Shown: piece after piece, positions 52,450 to 64,000 of the stretch | How positions within the stretch are numbered: the stretch's first letter is position 1 | Layout: each line of letters starts with the position of its first letter | Assembly (NCBI RefSeq): GCF_006345805.1 | Contig: NC_043012.1 | Span: forward strand, 13,826,001-13,890,000 | Source: Octopus sinensis | Lineage: Eukaryota | DNA length: 64,000 nucleotides | Direction of reading: 5' to 3' | The notes under the pieces: generated by a model | What the model was told of the DNA's origin: nothing | The model's input: only the letters and a program-made list of their open reading frames with translations | Databases searched by the model: none | Position numbers and translations under genes: made by a program

Positions 52450-54658
52450 AGATAATCTTAGATATGTTTCGACCAAAGATTGGTCCAGGCCATGTCTAAC
52501 TTAATAGCACCACCTGATAGGATTATTCGAATCCTGTTTAAGTCAAGTTTTGTTTGAGTCAAGTTTTGTTCAAGTAGTGAGTTCTTGTTGGGTGAGTTGT
52601 ATCCAGTTTTGTTCAAGTAGTGAGTTCTTGTTGGGTGAGTTGTATCCAGTTTTGTTCAAGTAGTGAGTTCTTGTTGGGTGAGTTGTATCCAGTTTTGTTC
52701 AAGTAGTGAGTTCTTGTTGGGTGAGTTGTATCCAGTTTTTTTCAAGTAGTGAGTTCTTGTTGGGTGAGTTGTATCCAATTATGGGTGGCTTATCTGGTAT
52801 TCTTTGAAGGAATCTATCCAGACTGTTTAAAGTTGATGGGATCCTTTTCCTCTTTGATCTCCCTCGGGACAATGTTAAATAGAGCAGGGCCTGTTGAGGA
52901 AAAGAAATTATGTTGCAGTGTACATGTATGTTGTGATCTTGAATTAGGCAGGGGACGTATATCCCGTGGTCCAAGTCTTGGATGAACCTTGAAGCTAATG
53001 TTTAGGTCGTTTGGGCAAAGTTGGCGGTATATTTTCCACATCGTACAAATGATGTACCGCTCACGGCGACGCTGGAGGGAGTAAAGTATCAAGGCTTTAA
53101 GGCGATCCCAATAATCGAGAGCAGCCATGCCTTCAATTTGTTTAGTGAGTGCTCTCTGGGGTGACTCAATTCTGGAGATGTTTTGTCTTGTGTGAGGAGA
53201 CCACAGTGGGCAGCAGTATTCAAGGTGTGGCCGTAAAAAGGAGGAAAAAAGTGGTATGATGACACCTTGTTTTCTGGACCGGAAAGTTCTTAAGATCCAG
53301 GAACTCATTCTACGAGCTATATCGACCTTCTTGTTGATGTGTGCACTCCAACTGAGATCGTCATCAACAATTACACCCAGGTCTCTGATATTGTTAGAGA
53401 CTGTGAGCGGTTCCCCTGAAGGAAGAGAGTATGGTTGTTTTAGTGAGGAATTTCTTCCAAAATGCATCAGCTCAAATTTTCCCTCATTCAGTTGCATTTT
53501 GTTTCTGTCTGCCCATTGACTCACATCATATAGATCAGACTGGAGTTGAGTTCGGTCTGCTTCTTCATTGACGATTTGCTGGAGCTTAGTGTCATCAGCA
53601 AATATTTTCACTTTGCAGTAATGTACGACACTGGAAAGGTCGTTTACGTAAATTATGAAGAGTAGCGGACCCAAAACAGTTCCCTGGGGAACACCGCTGG
53701 TGACTTTTGCTGGGTTTGAGTGAACTCCATCAACTACAACATGTTGTGTTCTATTCGCCAGGAAATACTTAATCCAGTGTAGAACTTTTCCACGGATTCC
53801 AACATTGGCCAATTTTGAGAGTAGGATGTTATGGTCTACCCTGTAAAACGCTTTACTGAAGTCAAGATATATGACGTCAGAGTTCGAACCTGTTCCCAAG
53901 GCTTTGAGTACATCTTCAATGTGGTGTAAGAGCTGTGTTAGACAGTCCCTGCCACAGCGAAAGCCATGCGGATTTGCATTTAGGAGTTTGTGGGTCTCCA
54001 GGAAGTCAGCTATCCTTGATCTTAACACTCTTTCAAACACTTTAATGATGTGGGAGGTGAGTGAGATTGGGCGATAGTTGACTGCGAGGGATCTGTTTCC
54101 CTGTTTGAAAACCGGGATGACCGACTGGGATAGAAACTGTTTCGGTATATAACCTGCGTCTAACGAATTTCTCCAGAGGTTGGTCAGAGGGACTGCAAGT
54201 TGGTATCTACATTCCTTCAGGAGACTAGCGGGAAATCTATCAGGGCCTACAGCAGAGTAATGTTTGACCTCATTTATTGCTGCTACGATGTCAGTGGCAG
54301 TGAAGGTTATGTCTGAGATTTTGTGTTGGGAGTCAACTTCGTTCGTTTCCCTTACGTCAATATCAGTGGGAACACTAAAGACAGAGCAGTATTGTTTCTG
54401 CAGTATTTCTGCCATTTCTTTAGCATCATGTTGGGGAATGCCGTTATCATCAATCAATGGCCCAATGGGTGAGGCAGTGGTTCTATGCTTATTTGCATAA
54501 GAATAGAACACTTTTAGGTTCTGTTTGATGTTTTTGATTACCTATTGTTCCTCCACAGCTCTTTGATTTTCAATGGAGGTTTTCATGTTGGTCTGCAGAT
54601 GAAGTTTTTCCAGCTCTAGTCTTTTCATTGTTGTTGAATGTGGATGTGCGTGTGGGGG
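52450..54658 (-). mobile_element. 5'-truncated CR1-group LINE with nearly intact reverse transcriptase (ORF 52814-54511)
   Basis: NYRPISLTS, YLDFSKAF, SGVPQGTVLGPLLF, FADDTK and HLEYCCPLWSPH motifs. One upstream in-frame stop, a frameshift near 52820, and D to Y in AF(D)RVDH. Confidence 0.92.
52569..52786. repeat. 43-bp tandem repeat, 5 copies, at the LINE ORF end
   Basis: ttcaagtagtgagttcttgttgggtgagttgtatccagttttg at 52569, 52612, 52655, 52698 and 52741. Confidence 0.95.
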
Positions 54659-54671
54659 AATATTTTAATTA

Positions 54672-54753
<82 letters not shown>

Positions 54754-54767
54754 TATATTATATATAT

Positions 54768-54807
<40 letters not shown>

Positions 54808-54879
54808 CACACACACATATATATATATATATACACACACATATATATATATATATATATAACACACACACACACACAT

Positions 54880-54923
<44 letters not shown>

Positions 54924-56952
54924 CATATATATATATATATATATATATATAATTGTATGTAATATATAACATAATGATATTTATTCTCCGGTTTGAAGCG
55001 ATATTATATATATAATCTAATTGTTTTACTTGTTTCAGTCATTTGACTGCGGTAATGCCAGAACACTGCCTGAAGGGGTTTTAATCGAACAAAACGCCCC
55101 CCAGGACTTATTCTTTGTAAGCCTATTCTATCGGTCTCTTCTACCTAATGTAAACACGCCAACATCGGTTGTCAACCGATGTTGATGGGGGACAAACACA
55201 CACAGAGACACACACATATATATATATACGATGAACCTCTTTAAGTTTCCCTCTTCCAAATCCACTCACAAGGCGTTCGTCCTCACGAGGCTTTAGTAGA
55301 AGACCCTTGCCTAAGTTGTTACGCAGTCGTACAGAACCAGGAACCTTATAATTGGGAAGCATGCTATTCACGACACAACCACACACCTTCACACACACAC
55401 ACGCATGCACACACACGCACACGCAGGCCTGTATCCTCACTCATTACACATAGTCTCGCCCGGTATACTGTCGCTACTTCGTTCTCTATAGATAAAACGG
55501 ACTTTTATTCATTAATAGTTTCCAGCTATCTTTATGATCTACCTCCGCCACATCCTGTATTTCTGTTGTCTCGATATCTCTATAAACTGTTGGTACTCGA
55601 GAAATATACACATCTGTTTACTCGAAAAAGCAATTAGACTCGACTTTGGAAACTCTTATCCTTCTCACTTTGAAATTGTTCATCATTACAAAGGAAGACG
55701 ATAAGTAGGTTTATGTATATGGCAAATTGGAATTCTTAAAGTCTAGGAAATGAAGAAAAAGAAGAATTATATTTTTGAAACGAGAGATAGTGCATCGATA
55801 AAGGTAAAGAATTTATCATGGGTTCAGGAGAGAGGTTTTGTGGAATGAATACATATGGAAATTAGGTTGGGAATTGGATCGTTTTGCGTGTGTGTGTGTG
55901 TTTAGATAGAAAGGAGAGATTGTCGAGATGTGATAAACATCAAGTTGATGTTCCTCGTGAGAGAGAGGAGAGAAAGGTAAGGGTACTTTTGTTGTTGATT
56001 CTAGTGTGTGTAACCTTTTGGTTCCATGAGACAGACATTTTTATTACTCTGCTCACGTAGAACTTCATAACAGTAAAGAAATGTCCGCCAGAATTGCTAG
56101 AAAATCACTTCATGATTGGTCTTATCAGACATCACTACAGTTATATTCTTAATTCAATTGTTTCTAACTATGGCATAAGAGCAGCAACTTTGAAGAAAGG
56201 CGTTCAGTGGAGTTATTTTATTATAACGAATACTAAATAAAGTAAAGCTAACTTTGGAGAGATTTAAATGCAGAATAAAAGAACCGAAACTAATATCAGA
56301 AAGCATTTTTTCAGACGCCTTAGCGACACTGCCAATCCACCGGTTTGTATATTCGTAATGCTGTGCACTTATTGAGGGTAATGTAATTTACTTCACAAAA
56401 ACTTTGCCTCTATGTCAATGTAGGAACACCATGTGGCTTATCCATTATTGTTTTTGTTTTTTTTTTTAACCCAGATCAGTTCCGTTGAACGAAGCCTACG
56501 TTCATAACACACTCTATCCTTCTACATTTGGTATATATTTATGCTTTTCTGTTGTTGAGGTTTTTTTAGATCTCTCATTTTCCAGTGTGCCCATTTTAGT
56601 ATGTTAGGTTGTATTCCGATATGAAGAAAATTTGATTACTATTTCTCTCTAACTCTCTCTCTCCTCTTTCACTCCCCCTCTATCTCTCCTCTTTCACTCC
56701 CCCCTCTCTCTAACTATCTATCTATCTATCTCTATCTCAGCAATGTTGCCTGCCTATATATTCCAGTGAATTTTAAAAAGAATAACGTATTCTATACATC
56801 AACTGCTGTTGTTCATATTCCTATGATTTTTATAGCAGCTGTTCTACTTGTAGCTCTACTTGCTGTTTACTAACGTCAGCTTCCATTAAACATACGAAGA
56901 CATTCCAGTTATGTCCACGTATCAAACATATTATATTCTGAAATAAAATACC

Positions 56953-57003
<51 letters not shown>

Positions 57004-57197
57004 ATATATATATAGATATAGATAGATAGATATATATAGATATAGATATAGATATAGATATATAGAGATATATAGATATAGATATATATAGATATAGATA
57101 TATATAGATATAGATATAGATATATATAGATATAGATATGTATATATAGATATAGATATAGATATATATAGATATAGATATGTATATATAGATATAG

Positions 57198-57230
<33 letters not shown>

Positions 57231-57675
57231 ATATTATATTATATAGATAGATAGATAGATAGATAGATAGAGATAGATAGATAGATAGATATAGATATAT
57301 ACATACATACATTTGATTCTCTGTGTCAAGAATTTCTAATAGGAGATATCTTACATATCTCTCTTATTAGGAAATGAAACACATACGGGTGGGTACCCAC
57401 AAATAGCTGGAAACGTTCTCAGTGGGGTAAAATCGTTATAATTCAGGCTTCTGCCTCTAGGAGCCGAGTGATGCAACCCTCAGGTATTAGTCTGTCGACT
57501 GGAATCGTCAGGGGAGGTCGTACACCACATTGAACGTCCTTGCCTTGCAATGCTTTTCTCCTGTTCGTTGAATTTGGCGATGGCTGTCCCCGTCGGTGAG
57601 CAAGATTATTCGGAGGGCGCATCAAGTGACTTGAACATTATATATATAATATATATATAATATATATATTATATA

Positions 57676-57719
<44 letters not shown>

Positions 57720-57914
57720 GAAATTTTGAATTTAGTCCACGGACCCTAAGAACTAACTATGCATACCACCAGGGATCCGTGGACCCCAGGTTGTTGACCA
57801 CTGATACACAGAGAGAGTAGGGGGGAGTAAGACACCGACAAACAGACAGAGAGCGGGAGAAAGAGAGAGAGAGAAAGATATAACTTATTTCATGTATTCT
57901 ATATCACGATAGTG

Positions 57915-58113
57915 AAGAAGAAGAAGAAGAAGAAGAAGAAGAAGAAGAAGGAGGAGGAGGAGAAGAAGAACAAGAAGAAGAAGAAGGAGGAGGAGGAGGA
58001 GAAGAAGAACAAGAAGAACAAGAAGAAGGAGGAGAAGGAGGAGAAGAAGAACAAGAACAAGAAGAACAAGAACAAGAACAAGAAGAACAAGAACAAGAAG
58101 ACCAACAACAACG
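57915..58113. repeat. Mixed (AAG)/(GAG)/(AAC) trinucleotide array
   Basis: Directly visible. It explains the poly-K/E/N and poly-L ORFs. Confidence 0.95.
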
Positions 58114-59009
58114 AGGGGGATGAGTGGGTAGGTAATCAGATCATGAACCTGACAATGATTTCCATGACAATTATTCGGAATGGGAGACGGTGAAAAATTC
58201 TGTAATGTTGTTGTAACATTGTTGCTGTCGTCGGTGAGGCCACTCCTGCTGCTGCTGCTGCTGCGAAATTTATTTTTATTTCTCAAGTTCCAACTTGTAA
58301 TGTCTGACAGGATAGAACGTATGTAATTACATCTAGCTCTGTGACCACGTACATGATTAGAGTAAACGAATGTATATGTGACCTAGGTGGACTGTAAAAT
58401 TATATTTATCGTGTATATGTTGCAGTTAATCTTAATGTACCACTCTGTACCTGACATTCCTTTCAAAATCAGTCAACGGATAAAATGAAATACTAAAAAT
58501 AAGATCAAAGTTTCAGATAATGTTTAAAATTGTTCGATTTCAATCATCTTAAGAAAAAGTAATGCTTATCGGTAAGGGTTTTCTATTTTATTTGGTTTTT
58601 CTTCAAAAACTTACTGTCTCCTGTCAATATTGAGGAATTTGGTTTCTTATTTCCAGCTTCCGTCCCAAGAGAGTAGTCGACATAAGAGCCTTGTCACTTC
58701 ATGTTTACCATAAACCATACATGTAATTACGTATGCATGCCTATATGCATATATATACATATATCAGTGTGTTATGCATACATGTATGTATGTATGTATG
58801 TATGCATGCATGTATGTATGCTTCTTAATATGAGACTATCAACAAATAAGTATATAGTCGATACGGAAGTTAAATAAAAATGATACTCTGTGTTTGTGCA
58901 TACACATACACACACACACCACACACACTTATATATATATATATATATATATTATATATTATATATGTAATAAAATATATATACCATATATATAGATATA
59001 TATACATAG

Positions 59010-59052
<43 letters not shown>

Positions 59053-59059
59053 ACATATA

Positions 59060-59100
<41 letters not shown>

Positions 59101-61021
59101 ATGTATTATATTATTTATATTTGTATACATATATATATAACATATATAATCTACATACACGTGCGAGCGCACCTTACACACCTATATATATATATATTAT
59201 ATAATATATATATATATATATATTATACATATATAACTACATACATACATACATATATAAACAGAGAATGGCTAAGAGATAGAGGGGTAGGGAGGGAATG
59301 AGACAGAGAGAGGAAAAGTAAAGAAGTAGTTGAAAGTTTACACTTGATATCGAAGAATTTGGTCTTCTGGCTGGCATCGCCAGTCAGTATCCCATGAGTC
59401 TTAATCTTTATGAGTTTAGATTTAGCTTTCTTTCTCTGTTCTTTTCTATGTTATTTTTAAATCAAACAATGTTAAAGTTGGAACATTTTTAGTATGAATA
59501 TTACCCATGATTTATGCACTGTCTGTACAGATAATTACTTGAGAAGCATACGTTATGAGAGCAAACTTACTAACTATAATAAAGGATTTTGTCTGCTAGC
59601 AGTCGTTTAGTCTTATATCATCTTGCAGCAGATCTCTTATGACACCAAGAAAACTTTCTTTCTTTAAAGGAAATTGTGATGGAAAGATTTCATTCCAAAC
59701 TCAAGAGATTCTATTGTAATATATTTATCTTTTGTTCTTTGTTTCAGTCATTAAACCGCGGCCATGCTGGGGCATCGGCTTGAATCTTTGAATCGAATGA
59801 ATCAAATGAATCGACCCCGGTACTTATTCCATCAGTCTCTGTTACCAAACCACTACGTTACGGAGACGCAAACACACCAACACCGGTTGTCAAGTGGTGG
59901 TTACGGGGAAAAGCACAATCCTAAAAACACAGATTTACTGCTGAAGCGAATGATATACGTATATGCAACGGGCTTTTTTCAGAGTCTGTCTGTCTACAAA
60001 ATCCACACACAAGGCTTTGGTCGGCCCCAGGCTATAGTAGAAGAGAATTAAACAAGGTTCCACGCAGTGGGACTGAAACAACAATCACATGGTTGGGAAG
60101 CAAGCGCTTTACCACACATCTGTACCTAATATGTATGCTAACAATGAATGCTACATTATTTGAGAGAAATTTAGAAAAATGTTGTAAATCTTCTGCAATT
60201 CAATGTGAATATTTAAACAATGGCGACGTGTGATAAATTTGTTAAACTAACGATTTCTTCAACTATGTTTTACTTTTATATTCAAGGAAAAGTTAAGTTA
60301 AACAGATGCGACCTTTTATTTACCCAGTAGAATTTCGCTCGTATTTCTTTAAGCATCCAAAGCTAAAACTACACACATCACTATCATTGAGTCCTATCAT
60401 TGATTCCAATCTTTATGATGCTCTTTTTACTGCTGAAGTGAATGATTTTTACAGTTGTAATACCTTATATTCTTTCTTTTATTCTTTAATTCTATTATTC
60501 TTTTATATTCTTACTTGGTTCAGTCATTAGGCGGCGGCCATAATGTGGTAGGGCATTAGTCAAACAAATCGACTCCACTTCTCGTTTTATTTTAAAATCT
60601 GCTCCTTGGTCTATCGAGCACTCTTGTCAAACCGCTAAATTACGGGGACGTAAACAAACTAACACCAGTTGTCATGGGGTAGTGGGGCAAGCACGAAAAC
60701 AAAGCTACACACACATGCACACATCCATGTATACGTACATACTTACATACACACACAAACACACACACACAGATATATATATATATGGTAAATGAAAAAG
60801 TGGAAGATGGAAGATACGAAAATATTCATTAATCACGACAATTGTTTTGACGCATCGATCCCTCACGGGTAGGATATTGAACAACTACCTGAGGAGCACC
60901 CGATGGTGCAGCTATGTCTCTTCGAGTGATAAATAGATATAAGTCGTTAAAATAACGGTTACGCAATGTATCTTCTCATTTCGTGTAAAATAACAGTAAA
61001 AAGTAACATAACATGAGGATT

Positions 61022-61233
61022 TGTATCACGTGATCACGTCACTGACTAGTCTAACAGATGTTGCTAGACATCGCTGGTCACAATGCGCTTCGCATTGTTT
61101 TTAACCTTCAAATGTCGCTACTCCGCTGGCTAAGCGAGCATGCCAACAGAAGGAAGAGTGAGAGAAAGTCGCAGCGAAGAAGTATAGCATCGATCGCCAC
61201 CATCCCCTGCCGGAGCGTCGTGGAGCTTTAGAT

Positions 61234-61235
<2 letters not shown>
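61022..61235 (-). mobile_element. Octopus SINE family D, 3' portion (related fragment at 4838-4935)
   Basis: tatcacgtgatcacgt...cagatgttgctagacatcgctggtcaca...cccctgccggagc is shared between the two loci. Confidence 0.7.
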
Positions 61236-61278
<43 letters not shown>

Positions 61279-62060
61279 CCGCTATGTATTTTGCCCAGCG
61301 TGTTGACAGTTCCACCAGCTCGCCAGTAATAATATTTACCTCTCCTTATATTGAACTGTAATCCGTAATTTTATTATGTATAAATGCTTCACATCATAAA
61401 CAAATTTCAAAGTATAAGATTTCTTTACTGGCTATAATTCCAACAAACAACTCTCCAGAGGTTAAACCCGAGCTTAGAAACGCTTTCATATTTACATAAG
61501 AGCAGATGTATAATGGGTGTGAGTGTGTGCGTACGCGCAAATCTATGTTTACGTCTTTGACAGTCGATAGTCTCTATCTTAAAGAAACAATCACCTTTAT
61601 TTTACACCAGCAAAATATCGAGTCACAAATGAGAAGCGTTAAAAAGCTTATCGTGATAAGATCATTTTTCTCATACGAAAATTCTTGTATATTCTTGCCT
61701 GCACAGTTTTCTTATTTTTAATCTAATCTACTTAATTATACGCCTACGTCTTCTCTTTTTCCTCCTCCTCCTCCTCCTTCATCACTTTGTGTCTGTAACC
61801 CAATCCGCCCCCGCGCGCAAATACAAACACTAAATATTACCTGATACGAGTAGACTATAATGTACTGACATTAATTTGGTTTCTCAATAATTAATGAATC
61901 GCTGCAAAACTTAATAAACAATCATCACGCACATACACACGCATCCAAACAAACATACAAGCTCACACACGCTCGCGCTCGCGCACACAGAAGAATCTAT
62001 ATATATATATATGTATATATATGTATATATATATATATATGTATAATATGTGTATATATA

Positions 62061-62106
<46 letters not shown>

Positions 62107-62155
62107 GTATTATATATATATATATTGTATATATATATATATGTACATATATATG

Positions 62156-62220
<65 letters not shown>

Positions 62221-62589
62221 GCATATACACGCACACACATACATATATAAACATATATATATCTCTGTATTGCGTGCGTGTGCGTGTCTATGGGATTCTT
62301 TATTAAATTATACGGCGAGCAATTTATTTGATTAACGTTGCGAAAACACAATTAGTTTTATAAAATGATTATGTTACACAATAATTATATTCTTCTTCAG
62401 TTTCATCAAGCTGTTGGAGGTAGACAGAAGATTTTCGGAATATATATATATACGTCAATAATTACTTACTTTTCTTAATTAGAGAAACAATATTTTACAT
62501 TTCTTAGGGAAAATCTCAATATTTCTTGGCTTCAACTTCGTACAAAGCAGCGACCGTCGATCATTATTTCTACTATCACCTTTGGAATC

Positions 62590-62825
62590 AAAGAAAGTAC
62601 AGAACATGTTATGCCCATCGCTGCTGGGAAAACAAGGATGAAACATCCAGCGATTTCCGGCAATGGAAACTAACGCTTGGACATACAGTTATCGGTGTTC
62701 CAATACGAACATATATAGATCAACTTGTGGAAATCAATGGATATCCGGTTGAGGATATGAAGACTGCTATGGAAAATAAAGACATTTGGCGTAAAAGAAT
62801 TGCAGTGATTCATACAAATCAATAG
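62590..62825 (+). mobile_element. RTE-like LINE C-terminal relic
   Basis: YAHRCWENKDETSSDFRQWK...GVPIRTYIDQLVEINGYPVEDMKTAMENKDIWRKR resembles AGHCWRSK.E..SD.L.W...GRP..TYIDQL..DTG...EDL..AM.DR..WR.R. Confidence 0.75.
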
Positions 62826-64000
62826 ACAAATACACAATCTTGAAACTATTTGATATGCATCATGGATACCAGTCGTTTTCCACTGATGTAACTGTTATAT
62901 GTGGTGTTGTAATTTCGGTTGGGTATAATGATATAAGTCCGTAAACTTTTGAAAGTCTATATTAAATTATGAGTAGCACACAGTTCGCAGCAGAAACGTA
63001 AATTTTATAGTGTGTGGCTACTATTTTCCCTGGCTTAAAAATTATTTTATCGTTTCCTTTTGCGGAACCCATACGTTTCTTGTCACAAACAAGCCTACAC
63101 CGGCTTCCAAGTGGTGGTGGTGATATTGGTGATGGTTTGGGGATAGAAGCACAAAATAAACACAGAGACACAACGTGTATGTGTGTGTTTATGTGTGTGT
63201 GAGTAAAATTTTTCGTAAAAGATAAAATCTTTAGTTTTCAGTCATTTACATCCAAATAAACGAACACATGCTTCTAGTGATTTATAAGACGTGATTGGAT
63301 GGGCTATGTTGTTCGATTCATCTACTTTTAGGATCAATAAACGCATGTATATATTAAAACAATTCAAATAATAAAATTCAAATGAGGTAAGAATTCTATT
63401 CGAGTACATAATGATGGCATAAAACCATAAGAAACGTGTATGTGCGCGGAGATGCATGTAACCGAGGGAGATTAAAAATTGTAAATACCAAATATCATGA
63501 AAGGTAAAAGTCAGTTGTTTGGCGAGGGAGACAATCGAAAATATGATGAATACTAGCTCCAACTTTGGGGTCACAACTATAAGCCTTGTTAAATAGCTGG
63601 TTAATCTTCAGGCCTTTGGTGTGAATGATTTGCATTGATTCATGCAAGTCTATAGACAAATAGGCAATCTTGAAAATATGTCATGTGCATCATGGATACC
63701 ACTGGAGACTGTTATTCACGAGAGAGAGAGAGAGAGAAAGAGAGGGAGAGAAAGAGAGAGAGAGAGAGACTTTTATTCAGTTTGTGATGAAACGCACTCC
63801 ACTCGCAGAATACTATATATTATACGGAAAAATGTGTGTCATTAGCCAGCTGGAAGAGATGTCTTTCTGGATCTCTAAACGACAGTAGCACCGTCCTGTA
63901 TAGGACGCCACACTTGGTTGGCAATTATATGTTACGATTCCTCATTGCTAGAGTTTACATCTCGCTCAGAGATTTAACGTAGCTAATGATATCAAGATTT

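Noticed and set aside
52569-52786. CRISPR-like regularly spaced repeat
   Set aside because: Units are contiguous 43-mers with no unique spacers, there are no cas genes, the context is eukaryotic, and the array is part of a LINE 3' end.
57332-57375. Imperfect AT-rich hairpin
   Set aside because: Short, low complexity and adjacent to microsatellite; expected by chance.
57420-57805. GC-richer patch (60-aa ORF) and an hAT-like end gaccccaggttgttgaccactg
   Set aside because: No matching second terminus or protein motif could be supported by eye.
63242-63574. 110-codon hydrophobic minus ORF with a VDESNNIAHP segment spaced like DRYxAIxHP
   Set aside because: No Arg-Tyr, no correctly spaced TM3 Cys, it starts at a non-ATG codon, and about one ORF of this length is expected by chance in this much AT-rich DNA.

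Overview
Eukaryotic, very AT-rich, microsatellite-dense DNA that is almost certainly cephalopod, most likely Octopus, judged from its tRNA-derived SINE families and gene content. The only intact host genes are two same-strand, intronless-CDS Cys-loop (nAChR-like) channel subunits at 7158-8360 and 19440-20618 (both minus strand). They lack every acetylcholine-binding aromatic/loop-C residue and fit the sucker chemotactile receptor (CR) family. The rest is transposon debris (Tx1, CR1-group and RTE-like LINEs, several Tc1/mariner lineages, Chapaev3, Helitron, four SINE families) and simple repeats. Three Penelope-like (PLE) insertions share a head-to-head inverted-repeat architecture with outward-facing hammerhead ribozyme motifs: two apparently intact folds, each present twice, and one degenerate. 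Many local direct and inverted duplications end in (TA)n/(CA)n tracts; some are probably real and some may be long-read assembly artefacts. All identities and alignments were done by eye, no searches were run, and relic boundaries are approximate.
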